Positions 51,615 to 63,713 of a stretch of DNA of 64,000 nucleotides are shown here, in pieces. This DNA comes from Squalus acanthias (lineage: Eukaryota), in NCBI GenBank assembly GCA_030390025.1, contig JASTWF010000048.1:744001-808000 (forward strand). Direction: 5' to 3'. Position 1 is the first letter of the stretch, and every line of letters begins with the position of its first letter. The position numbers and the translations under genes are program-made. The notes under the pieces are model-generated. The model had not been told where the DNA came from. It did no database searches and saw nothing but the letters and a program-made list of their open reading frames with translations.

Positions 51615-52697
51615 ATGTTTCGTGAAGTGTCCTATTTAATCTTGTCGATTGCTTTAATTTCAGGTAAGTTTAAACAATGCGCCAATCTGAACGTCGGAAC
51701 ACAATGCATATTTAACAATAGTTTCTATGATTAGGCTGGTTTAATCCACGAAAACATAGATTCCTACTTTTATAGAGAACAGAAGCAATGAAGTTGTGCT
51801 AAACCATTATAAAACACTGGTAATGCATCAGATCAACTAATGTGTTCAGTTCTGGGCATCACACAGGCCAAGGATGTCACGGCATTGAAGACAATGAAAT
51901 GAGATTTACTAGAATGGTACCGGGAATGAGGGAGTTCAGTTACACGGAGAGACTGGAGAAGCTTGATTTTTTCTCCTTGGAGAAGGGAAGATTAGAGGAG
52001 ATTTAACAGAGGTGTTCAAAATTATAATGGGTTTCGTTAGAGTAAATAAGGAGAAAATGTTTCCACTGGCAGGAGTGTCGATAACCAGAGGACACAGAGT
52101 GAAGGTGACTGGCAAAATAACCAGTAGGCAGATGAGTAGAATTTATTTTGCACAGCGAGTTGTTTTTTGGAATGCACAGCCTGAAAGTGTGGTGGAAGGA
52201 GATTCAATAGTAAGTTTCAAACGGGAATTGGGTACATACTTAAGACGGTAAGCATTACTGTACTATGAGGAAAGAGCTTGTTGGCAGTGGGACTAATGGA
52301 TAGCTCTTTGAAAGAGCCGGTACAGGCAATATGGATAAATTGGCCTTCTTCTGTACTATATAATTCTATCAAAACAAATCTGACTCTTTCCTCCATTTGA
52401 CAGAAGTGTCTGCTTCGTTCGTTGAACAGTCGCCGAAAACTGTGTCTGTTGGCTCAGGAAAATCGGTCGTAATGAGATGTATCCTAAGGAACAGTAACTA
52501 TCGCGACATGTACTGGTACAGACAAGGGACAAGCCGGGAACTCGTTGCTCTATTCCATTCAGCTGGGACCGACCACGTTTCAAATTACACCTCCGGACCG
52601 TTTAAAGCCCAGAGACCCAGCGACACCGAGTTTACACTGGAACTCACCGGAGCCTCTCAGTCGGACACCGCCGTCTACTTCTGCGCGTGCAGTGATG
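51615..52697 (+). CDS. TRBV: TCR V segment V14 (paralog of V3), apparently intact: leader 51615-51663, V exon 52404-52697
   Basis: EVSASFVEQSP...MYWYRQ...DTAVYFCACSD. Confidence 0.88.
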
Positions 52698-52736
52698 CAC
52701 GGCGTGTGAAAACACGGCCTCTCTGTGACAGAAAAC
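52698..52736 (+). promoter_or_regulatory. 23-RSS of V14 (variant nonamer)
   Basis: CACGGCG + 23 bp + ACAGAAAAC. Confidence 0.75.
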
Positions 52737-53777
52737 TCCCTGAACCAGAACCAGTGGCATGCTATGGTTTCAACCGCCAGATGGTGGCGCTGTGGCCCTG
52801 CGACACTCGCGAACACCCGGAAGTTTCCCTCCCGACCGTTCATTCATTCCGCGCAGATCTGGATGTTTCCCATTTGATCCACTGGATGCTAACTTCATGT
52901 AAACATTGTGAGAATCTGGACGTTTTTAGGTCGAGAAAACGCTTCTGGCCTAACTTCCAATATTTCCATTGTAGCAGAGAATTGATCGATATTTTAAAAA
53001 AAGTTAGCTTTCATCTTGTTTGTAAAATTGCTTTCAATTCTCTCTCTCTTGCCTCTTTCTCTCTCTCTATCCATCTCTCTCCCGCTCTCACTCTCTTTAT
53101 CTTTGTCTTGTCTCTCTGTCTGTATTTCTCTCTTTCTCTCATTATCTCTCTCTGTTTCCCTCTATCGTGTCTCTCTTCTGCCTTGCTCAGTCTGTCTCTC
53201 TCACTCACTCATTGTCTCTCTGTCGCTCTCATTTTTTCTAACTCCATTTCTGTGTGTCTCGTCTCTCTTTCTCTCATTCTCTCTCTGTGTTTCTATCTAT
53301 GTTTATCGCTGTGTCTGTCCTTCTGTCTCTCTCTGTCTGTCTCTCCCTGCCTCTCTCTCTGCCTCTCTCACCCATTCTCTCACATTCTCTCCCTTTCTCT
53401 ACCTCATTTCACTTTTCGTTCTGAACCTCGATCTCCACACGGTAGCAGCGGTTTTATTAAGGTTTCTAGAACCTTACATTAATTAGTTTCCTTCTAAGAT
53501 CTTTCAGATCAAGACTCAGCTAGGTTGTATTTGTCGTTTTCACTTTTTACTTTGAGGACATTATAATTTTATCAGTTCAATAAACACGACGTATAATTTG
53601 ACTTAACCTGTAGAGTGCATATAAGCGAGAAGTTCGCACCGCAATTTGAGGAAAGTAATTTGTTTCTTTCCTTTTCTCTCACTTCTGCTCCTGCCTCAAT
53701 CCCTTTCATACTCCCTGCCATCCCCTATTGTCCTCTCACGATTGATCTGCCTTAATGTTTTTTAAATAATCTTTCAG

Positions 53778-54077
53778 ATTTTCGTTCCCAACGACTATTC
53801 ATCCAGAGCCCGTCGGCCACCGTCCAGGTTCTAGGGGAGGAAGCCGTGTTCTACTGCGGAATCGGGCAGGGCAACATGAGTAACTATTGGTTGGCCTGGT
53901 ACGTGCAGATCGGTGACCGCCTGGATTGGATCAGATCGGATGTACTTCCTGCATCTAACTGCAGAGAAAGATACTGAAGTCTATTACGAGCCTACAAATA
54001 ACACTTTCACCCTGTCCCTGAAAAACGCCCTGTTCAAGAACAGCGGAATATATTACTGTGGGGCCGGCGAGGATGCG
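53778..54077 (+). pseudogene. TRBV: V pseudogene V15 (paralog of V4), frameshift, RSS split by a LINE
   Basis: RLFIQSPSAT...FYCGIGQGNMSNYWLAWYVQ...; second frame FTLSLKN...SGIYYCGAGED; heptamer CACAGTG at 54078-54084. Confidence 0.85.
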
Positions 54078-54085
54078 CACAGTGT

Positions 54086-54673
54086 TCTGCGGCGAGTGTC
54101 TCACCTCCTGACTCCCCAAAGCCATGCCACCATCTACAAGGCACAAGTAAGGAGTGCGATGGAATACTCTCCACTTGCCTGAATGAGTGCAGCTCCAGCA
54201 ACACGGAAAAAGCTCGACACCATCCAGGACAAAGCAGCCCGCTTGATTGGCACACCATCCACCACCTTAAACATTCACTCCCTCCACCACCGGCGTACCG
54301 TGGCTGCAGTGTGTACCATCTACAAGATGCACTGCGCCACCTCGCCGATGCTTCTTCGGCAGCACCTCCCAAACCCGCGACCTCTACCACCTAGAATGAG
54401 AAGGGCAGCAGGCGCATGGTTACACCACCACCTCCAAGTTCCCCTCCAAGTCACACACCATCCTGACTTAGAAGTATATCGCTGATCCTTAATCGTCGCT
54501 GGGTCAAGATCCTGGAAATCCCTCCCGAACAACACTGTGGGAGCACCTTCACCACACGGACAGCAGCGGTTGAAGAAGGGGGCACTCCAACACCTTCTCT
54601 AGGGCAATTAGGGAGGGACAATAAATGCTGGCCTTGCCAGCGATGCCCACATCCCATGAACGAATTTTAAAAA
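54086..54673 (+). mobile_element. LINE 3' fragment inside the V15 RSS (same insertion as 12116-12703)
   Basis: YKAQVRSAMEYSPLA...KKLDTIQDKAARLIG; identical position relative to the heptamer. Confidence 0.8.
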
Positions 54674-56988
54674 TATGTTATAGGAATTCAGGGGATCTAC
54701 GCGAAAATTCTCAATCGAATAAAGTACCATTCTCCCCAACTCCTCTGTGCTCGCCGATATATTTTGGCTCCCAGCTGAGCAGCACTTCAACTTTAAAATT
54801 CTCATCCTCGTGTTCAAATCCCTCCCTTCCCTGTCTGTGTAACCTTCTCCAGCCCTACAACCGTCCGAGATCTTTGCTCTCCTCCTACTCGGACCTCTTT
54901 TGCATCCCCGATTTCCATCTCTCGACCATTGGCGGCCGCGACTTCAGCTGGCTCAGTAATAATCTCTGAAATTCTCTAATCCCTAAACCTCTCTAACTCT
55001 CTCTCCTCCTTTAAGACACTCCTTAAATCCTACCTATTCGACCAAGATTTACTTCACCTGTTCTAATCTATCCTTATGTGTTTCGCTGTCAGATTTTGTT
55101 TGATAACTGTGCAGTTGGTTGTGTTAGTTGGATTTACTACATTAAAGGCGCTATATAAATGCAAATTGTTTTGTTGTAAAGTCATCTCTGCATGCGTCAA
55201 TAGGAAAGAACAATAACCAGTAAAATTACTGAGCAAGTCTGTCTTCTCAATGCTGATTACTCGAGAGTTGTTCTGTGATTGATTGATAGCCATCCACACT
55301 GAAGTTTACAATCAAAATAATTCGCCCCATCAGTCCATCTGGATTAGCATGCATTTCTCTCGGAATTAGAACCAACAAACTATAATTTACTGCAGATTCT
55401 TCCATTTTCTATCTATATTCTTGCCTATTTCAATGCAATTGACACCGTGTACGTTCCTACTAACTGATCTATTAGTCTTAAGTATCACCACTGCAGAAAA
55501 GTGAGCGGAATATCCTAGAAATTCAGCAGTTCTTCTCCCGATCACCCACCCTTTCTCTAGGAAAGGGGCTTCCTGTTAAATCAAAGAATCAGATTAATCC
55601 TAAGTATATCGGTTCCCATGCCAGTAATAAAACAACTTGTTGTTTTTATTAATGGCGACAGAAAGTAGAAGCAAGTCTAGACGTCTATGCACTTACAAGT
55701 AGGCTATCCATCGGGGACTACGAACTCCCAACCAATCCAGGGGCGTTCTCAGCACAGAATACCAAAGTATTGATGAAAACAATACAGATTTATGCACCTT
55801 AAAGACAAATGCGAAGCAGTCAGATTACTTGTCCTGAACCTATCAATTTCGCGATTACTGTCATGTGATCCTTAAGTTTCATATGCTATCACGTCAGTAG
55901 ATGGCGATGTTGCACCACATCTATTCCAGTCTCACTGGATATTCAATAAATGATCAGTTAATTTAGCCAGATGTTATACATATCAAATTTGACCAGGTAA
56001 CTAACAATTGAAATGTAAACAGGCTCTCTCCAAACTAGGCTGTATTTCTTTACACAAATACATTGATTCTTCTTCAGTGACATAAACGGATGCCTCCTGC
56101 TTGCTTAGCTTTGGACTGTGGAATCCTAAAGTCCTAATCTAATCCATCTGTTAGCCTCTATCACACAGTAATTAGGAAAGCTAATAGAATGTTATCGTTT
56201 ATTGCCAGTGTAATTGAGTACAAAAGTAGGGCGGTTATGCTGCAGTTATACAGGGCATTGGTGAGACCACATCTGGAGTACTGAGTACAAGATTGGTCTC
56301 CTTATTTAAGAAAGGATGTAAATGCGCTGGAAGCAGTTCAGAAAAGGTTTACTGCATTAATACTTGGAATGGGCGGGTTGTTTTATGAGGAAAGCTTGAA
56401 AGGCTAGGCTTCTATCCGCTGGAGTTTGGAAGAGTAAGAGGTGACTTGATTGAAACATATAAGATCCTGAGTGGTCTGGACAGGGTGGATGTGTAGAGGA
56501 TGTTTCCTCTTGTGGGAGAATCTAGAACTAGGGGTCACTGTTTAAAAATAAGGGGTCGTCCACTTAAGACAGAGATGAGAAGAATTTTTTTTGGAACTAT
56601 CTTCCTCAGAGGGCGGTGGAAGCAGAGTATTTAAATATTTTTAAGGCAGAGGGAGATAGATTCTTGTTCAGCAAAGGGGTGAAAAGTTATCGAGGGTAGG
56701 CGGGAATGTGGAGTAATCGAATCACCTGACGAAGGAGCAGCGCTCCGAATGCTTGTGATTTCAAATAAAGCTGTTGGGGTATAACCTGGTGTTGTGCGAC
56801 TTCTCACATTTGTTCACATTCTGTACGACAGATACAACTTGAACGTGGCTGCGTCGTCTGGGAAAGGATGTCACTTCCGGGGGCTCGGTTTCGGGTGCGC
56901 ACCTGGACTGCCTGTCAGTCAGAATCGGAGGCACTCGGTGTGAGAACACGATCATTGCAGCAATCAATCCGGCCACTTCGATCCAATT

Positions 56989-58134
56989 ATGCAAATAGAT
57001 TTTATTTTATTTATTTTTCTACTTTTCCTGCCGGGTAAGTATACTGCATTCAAATAAGATTCTTTTTAGAGTGATGTGTTCCATTAGACAGTAGAATTCA
57101 CTAAACTGGCAGCGTTAGATGTGCGGCTGAATGGGTGCAAACTCGTCTTAGGCTTTACCGCATTAACGGAGTTGAATATCAGACGCAAAGCGAATAACGC
57201 GCGGCCCATAGATTAGCACCCGTTTTGCGCTACCGCCCGTCGAATTTCTAACCCACTGTTTAATATTTACTTGGCTAAGTTATGAATTGGGGATCAATTG
57301 TTTATTTAGGAACAATATAGAAACAGGTTCACTGGAAATCGAGGCACTGCCGCACCAGGAACCAATGCAGGTCAGCGAGTCTGTGCTGCAGGGGTGATAG
57401 GCGAGCGGGACTTATTGTGAAATAGGATAATAATGACATATGATGTTGTTGCGAAATACAACACATGCAACTGACTTGCTCTAGTCGCGGACCTGCTCCA
57501 TTTTACAAGCAAATTCGGGCATCGGTTTAAGATAATTGACAAAAGAACCAGAGGGGACATGAGGAGAAATTGCTTTTTTTTCATCCCAGCGAGTTATGAT
57601 GACCTAGTATCCATTGCCTGGAAGGGCGAGGGAAGTAGTTTGAACAGTAACTTTCGAAAGGGAATTTGTTAAAGACTTGAAAGGTAGAACATTGCAGGTC
57701 TTTGGGGAAAGAACAGGTGAGTGGGATTAATTGGATAGATCTACAAAAAGATCCGCCACAGACACTGTAGGCCGAATGGCCTCATTCTGTGCCGTCGGAT
57801 TTAATGAATTCTCTTAATTTCTTCTTTTTAGATTTAACACACGGATTCAGGCCTCTTCAAAGTCCACCCACGCTGGTGATTGCAGAAGACAAACTTGCAA
57901 CCATAAATTGCTATGAACAGGATTCAACACCTCAATCCATGTTCTGGTACCGCCAATCGGCTGGCCAGGGTCTCACGTTGATCGGATACATTCAATTCGG
58001 TGGAACGGTTCATTACGAAGAGAAGGATCAAACCCGTTTTGAAATTACAGGAAACGGCGATAGAAACTCTAATCTGAAGCTCCCCAGGGCCGCACCTGCA
58101 GACACGGCGGTCTATTACTGTGCGACGAGTGACG
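56989..58134 (+). CDS. TRBV: TCR V segment V16 (paralog of V6), apparently intact: leader 56989-57034, V exon 57832-58134
   Basis: DLTHGFRPLQSP...INC...MFWYRQ...DTAVYYCATSD. Confidence 0.88.
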
Positions 58135-58173
58135 CACAGTGTTGCAGACTGGTTGAGCGCCCTGTCAAAAACC
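58135..58173 (+). promoter_or_regulatory. 23-RSS of V16
   Basis: CACAGTG + 23 bp + TCAAAAACC. Confidence 0.92.
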
Positions 58174-59029
58174 CAGCCGGCTCGAAGCGTGAAGAAGGAA
58201 AGAAAGAACTGGCATTTCTATAGCGCCCTTTACGACCTCAGTACGCCCCGAACCGCTTCCCAGCCAATGAAGCCCTCCTTCAGTACTGCCTCTCCGACAG
58301 TGCAGCACTCCCTCAGTAGTGACTCCCCGACAGTGCAGCGCTTCCTCAGTAATGCCTCTCCGACAGTGCAGTGCTCCATCTGTATGCCCCTCTGGCAGTG
58401 CAGCGCTGCCTCAGTACTGGCTCTCCGACAGTGCAGCCCTCCCTCAGTATTCCCCCTCGGACAGTGCAGCACTCCCTCACTAATACCTCTCTGAAAGTGC
58501 AGCACTCCCTCATTATGACAGCTCCGACAGTGCAGCACTCCCTCAGTAATACCTCACTGAAAGTGAAGACCTCCCTCAGTATGACCCCTCCGACAGTGCA
58601 GCACTCTCTCAGTTATACCTCTTTGAAAGTGAAGACCTCCCTCAGTATTCCCCCTCCAACAGTGCAGCACTCCCTCAGTACTGCTCCTCCGACAGTACAT
58701 CACTCCCTCAGTACTTCAAACGGAGAGTGCGGCGCTCCCTCAGTACAGCCCCTCTGACAGTGCGGCGCTCCCTTAGTACAGCCCCTCTGACAGTGCGGCG
58801 CTCACTCATTACTGCCCCTCCAATCGTGCGAAACTGTCAGCCGAATTTATTCATTCACGTCTCTGGAGTAGGGCTCGCATCCAGAAACTTCTGTCTCATA
58901 GGTGAGGGCGCTATCCAGTGGACCACAAGTGAATGCCAAAAACTTACGGTATTTTTACAGCTGGAACACGGACTGCAGTTTACATAAATCACATGTTCAC
59001 TACTGTCTTTCAGGGAACTAAACCTGCAT

Positions 59030-60390
59030 CCGCAAACAACAACAGCAACAAGAAACTACATATTTATATTTATATAACGCCTTTAACAGAGTAAAACTTC
59101 CCAAGGCGCTTATTAGGACAGGTGACCAAAAGCTTGGTGACATCGTGAGTTATTAAGGAACATCAAAGTAGAAGAGAGAGTTGGAGGGCTGTGTATAATT
59201 AGGGAGGGGATTTAGAGCTCAGGGCCTCGGCAGCTGAAGGCACGGCCGCCAATGGTGGAACGATTAAAATCGGGGATACGAACAATGTCCGAACTGGAAG
59301 AGACCAGAGATCTCGGACGGATGTAGGATTGGAGGAGGTTACCGAGATAGGATGGGGTCGAGGTCTTGAAGGGATTTGAACGCGATGATGAGAATCTTTG
59401 AATCGTGGCGTTGTCGGATCTGGAGCTAATGTAGGTCAGCGAGCACAATGGGTAAATGGGTGAACAGGAGCTGCTCCGATTCAGGAAACGACCAGATGCG
59501 TTTTGTAGCAGCTCGTGTTTAGGGAGGGTGCAAGGTGGGAGTTCGAGCAGGAATAGCATTGGAGTAGTCGAGCCTGGAGGTAACAAAGGCTTGGATGAAA
59601 CTATTCCCCCACTGCAAGGTTGATTTGCACACCCTCAGAGCAACTAAAGATACACAATAATAATTACTGCTCAACTGAAAAAGTGATGATCTGGCCATTA
59701 TCTCGTTGCTCTTTGTGGGCGAAGTAGTTCAATGTTCAGGATTTCAGCTGTGTGAAACCATCGCCGGCAGAGGGAGCCCTTGTGCAACTGAAGAAAGCAT
59801 CTGTTGAGCAGGTCGTCATTCAATCATTACATCAAACGCACTCCTGGCTGGCCTCCACTGAAACTTCAGATCATCCAAAACTCCTCTGCCCGTGTCCTAA
59901 CTCGCAGCATGTCCCGTTCAATCATCACCCCTGCGCTCGCTGACCTACATTGACTCCCGGTTGAGCAATGGCTCAATTTCAAAATTCTCATCCTTGTTAT
60001 CAAATGCCTCCTTGGCCACGCTCCTTCCCTATCTCTGTAATCTCCTCCAGCCCCACCCTACCCCCACCCCCCGAGAAATCTGGCTCCTCTAAATCTGCCC
60101 TCTTGAGCATCCCTGGCTATAATCGCTCAATGATTGGTGGCCGTGCCCTCTGTTGCCTGGGCCTTAAGCTCTGGAATTCCCTCCCTAAATCTCTTTACCT
60201 CGCTACCTCTCTTTCTTGCTTTAAGACGCTCCTTAAAACCTCCCTCTTTGACCAAGCTTTTGGATACCTGTCCTAATTTCTCCTTATATGGCTCGGTGTC
60301 AAATTGTTGTCATAATACTCCTGTGAAGCATCCATGGGACGTTTCATTACTTTAAAGGCGCTATATAAATACAAGTTGCTGGTTTTGTTG
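59030..60390. mobile_element. Two L2-type 3' fragments in opposite orientation (minus about 59030-59600, plus about 59830-60390)
   Basis: ELLQNASGRFL...IGGRAFS on the minus strand; IGGRALC...LWNSLPKSL...FKTLLKTSLF on the plus strand. Confidence 0.7.
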
Positions 60391-61109
60391 TTATAAAACT
60401 GCTCTTATCCGAAACCTTTAGATACAATCTAGGATTTGGAACCCCTGCAGAATGCTACAACGACTTGCACTTATATGACGAATTTAAGGTAGTAAAATAT
60501 CACTTAAACCGGCTTTAAATTGGCATAGCGCCGCTGCATTAGATTAAATTCCAGATTACATAGAATGATATGTAATTTACAGCATAGAAGCAGGTCACTC
60601 GGCCCAACTGGTCAGTGCCGGTGTTTATGCGCCACACGAGCCTTCTCCCACCTGCCTCCATCTCACCCTAACAGCATATCTTTCTATTCCTTTCGCACTC
60701 ATGTACGTATCTACCTTCACCTTAAATGCAGCTATGGTATTCGCCTCGACCACTGAAATCAATAGAGGGGGAAATTGGGTGGAGTCTATATCGGGCTGTC
60801 AATACACTGCCGTCAACTTTAATCGACGAATTGGCCAACTTCAGGGGAGGGAGGGGGTGAGTCATTGAAAGGAGAGGGATAAGAACTAGATTAGCTTTGG
60901 CACCTCACATAGATACAAATGCGAAGCCAATATTGAGTTGGGGTTGGGGGATTGTACCCACGCCTCTCACCTCCTCATCTTTTTTGCAAGCAGTAGAATT
61001 AACGTTGCCTCGACGTCACAACCAGTCGCCGGAAGCGACATTAAAGGACCACCGCAGCTCCCTGCGCGACCCAGAAGCTGGCGGGCTCTGAATTATGTTT
61101 TGCACTAAG

Positions 61110-62021
61110 ATGCGATTAGATTCTCTCGCCCTCACTTTTGTCCTTCTGGTGCAGTGTAAGCAGGGTGACTTATTGAAACCACTGTAGAATGATTTGTTTC
61201 TTCAAAGTGTCTCTTGTTAACATATATATTAAAATAAACCATATTGTGGGATTAACATATTAACATGTGGTAATGGTAACCGGCATAAGAACCAGAGGGC
61301 GAGATGAGGAAAATTTTGTTTCATGCAGCGATTTGTTAAGATCCGGAATGCACTGCCTGGAATTGTGGTGAAAGCAGATTCAATATTTACTTTCAAAAGG
61401 AACTTAGATATATATTTAAATAAAAAACAATTTTAAGGCTGAGGGCCACAGCAGGGGAGTGGGATTAATTGGATAGCTTTTCCTTCGATAGTGGTGCAAA
61501 TAATACATCCTTACCATGTTAATGTGTGAATCAATCTAACTATGATTGTCCTTGATGTAAGTTTAGATATTTTATTTTCTGTATTTTATTCAGTATGGCC
61601 TGTTTTACCGTAAAGATTTTCTTTGGGTAACTTCAAGGTGGCTGTCATTTACATCCTTGCTGATCATGCAAGCTCTTCACAAACATGACTTCAGCTCTTG
61701 CGTTCACAAGTTCTAACCAGTTTTTCTTATCCCCCGATTTCTTTGCAGCCGGTTCCTCGGGAGACGTGGTGCATCAGTGGCCCGGCACGCTCTCCGTGAC
61801 GGAGCGAGCAGCCGCCGAATAGAACTGTTACCAGAACGGAACCGCCCGCTGTACCATGCTCTGGTATCGGCAGTATCCCGGACACGGCCTGGCTCTGATC
61901 GGGTACAGTGTGATGGGGTTTGACTCCGGGTTTACCATCACCCGGAGTGTGGACAATAAGAAATCCGGGCTGCAGATAGCGGCAGTCGCGGCGGTTTATT
62001 TCTGTGCGGCTGGTGATGGAG
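61110..62021 (+). pseudogene. TRBV: V pseudogene V17 (leader 61110-61155, V exon 61749-62021), stop codon and internal deletions; related to V9
   Basis: DVVHQWPG...AE*NCYQN...MLWYRQ...AVYFCAAGDG; RSS CGCAGCG + 23 bp + ACAAGAACC at 62022-62060 with a broken CAC. Confidence 0.85.
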
Positions 62022-62119
62022 CGCAGCGTTTCACAACCGTCCAGCGCCGTGACAAGAACCCCTGTCAATGAAGAAACCAACGCCATCCGTTTGGTCTCAA
62101 ACTCCTGACTATCCTGGGC

Positions 62120-62440
62120 TGTCCATCAGACGGCGAGCAGGCGGGGCTCACGATCAAAATGTTCGGGGGCGGGCTGTCAATTGGAGTGTGCGTGAGCGCA
62201 GCTGTCAATCAGAATGTGAGGGGGATGGGGCTGGGATAGACGGAGCCGTGAAAGTCAGTGGTCTGTGAGGGAGCAGGGGGCTGTCAATCAGACTGAGTGC
62301 GTGCGGGGCTGTCCATCATTCGGTGAGGGGGCGGGGCTATTAATCAGAACGTGAGGGGTTGACCTCTGAAACAGACTTTATGAGGGAGGGGCTGTCAATC
62401 AGAATGTGAGGGGGCGCAACTGCCAACCAGACTGTGAGGG
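62120..62440. repeat. Degenerate TGTCAATCA/GC-box array upstream of V18
   Basis: Repeated GGGCTGTCAATCAGA units. Confidence 0.7.
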
Positions 62441-62799
62441 AGCCGAGGGCACATTGGCAGCCACGCTTCCTACGTTACAACCGTGACTACACTGCAAAGT
62501 ATTTTATTGGCTGTGATGCGCTTTGGGACGTTCCAGGGTCGTGGAAGGTGCTGTAGAACTTCAATTCTTTATTTATTTTTTCTTTCCGTCTTTCATTCCA
62601 TTATGCCACGGAAACGCAAAAGGCATAACAGGACAAACATATCTCCTTCCTGCTGAAGCAAAAAGGCCACTTCCGCTGGACGATCACGGCACTTCCTGAT
62701 TGGATGGGAGAAAAAACAAACGGAAGCGGAAGTAACAGCTTGGGGTAGATGCTAGCGGAGTGAATACGAGGACATATCATCTGCTGAACGCCTGAAAGC

Positions 62800-63674
62800 A
62801 TGACCTCTACCGTTTTGGTGTGTTCCCTGTTGCTGCTTCTCTTAAGTAAGTACATTCTCTGTGGCGGAGCTCTTTCAATTGTCAACTTACTTGTGGCATC
62901 TCAAATTGTGTTTGTTTCTAACGCAGTTACTCAATTCTCGTTTGAATGTACTCCGTTATCTAATAAAAACAGGGAGCGTCACGCCCCAGTCCCAACCCTA
63001 ACTCAGGACAGATCGGAAAAAAGGAAATAAAAACTTGCATTTCTTTAGCGCCAGTCACGTCCTCAGGACTTCCCAAATCGCTTCACAGGCAGTGAAATAC
63101 TTTATGAAGTGTAGTCTCTCTCATACTGTAGGAAAGGCGGCAGCCATTTGCGCACTGCAAGGTCACACAAACAGCAATATGATAATGACCAGACCACCTG
63201 CCTTTGTTCAGTGCTGTTGGCTGAGGCACTACCTGGAGTATTCCTAGTATGAATGTATCGATGTCAGATTGCTCCATGTATTTACCCAAGCCCCAATTGT
63301 TCAGTCAGCTTGTCTGTTGATCAAACACTTGGCTGTCCTTCTTTTCAATCCGCTTTCATTTGTGTTCTTCAGCCCCATCTGGATGTTTCTTCGTCCACCA
63401 GTGGGGGAGATGGTTGTCCGTTGGAAAGGGTCAAGAGGTGAAAATTCACTGTTACCAGAACGACACCATCAATACCTACATGTACTGGTACCGGCAGAAC
63501 AGCGGGGCAGAGTTGCAGTTCATAGCGGCCTCGGCGTCCGGCAGCGAGCCAACACACGGGGATGGATTCAAGGAAAGGTTTGAAGTACAGAGGCCTGATC
63601 GGAAGTCCTGCAACCTGAAAATACTGAGCGTCGAGCCGACTGACACGGCGGCGTATTACTGCGCTATTACACAG
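62800..63674 (+). CDS. TRBV: TCR V segment V18 (paralog of V7), apparently intact: leader 62800-62845, V exon 63373-63674
   Basis: Leader MTSTVLVCSLLLLLL|gtaag; V exon FVHQWG...IHCYQND...MYWYRQ...DTAAYYCAITQ. Confidence 0.9.
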
Positions 63675-63713
63675 CACAGCGATTCAAATAGGTGCAGAGC
63701 CGGTTCAAAAACT
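63675..63713 (+). promoter_or_regulatory. 23-RSS of V18
   Basis: CACAGCG + 23 bp + TCAAAAACT. Confidence 0.88.

Noticed and set aside
52397-53482. 361-aa ORF resembling a V domain with a multi-pass membrane tail
   Set aside because: It is read-through past the RSS into a CT/GT-rich low-complexity tract; the paralog V3 stops at 10905.
2896-63713. IgNAR, NAR-TCR or IgH cluster interpretation
   Set aside because: No D, J or C segments between V genes, the V domains are full length with CDR2, and nearly all have their own leader.
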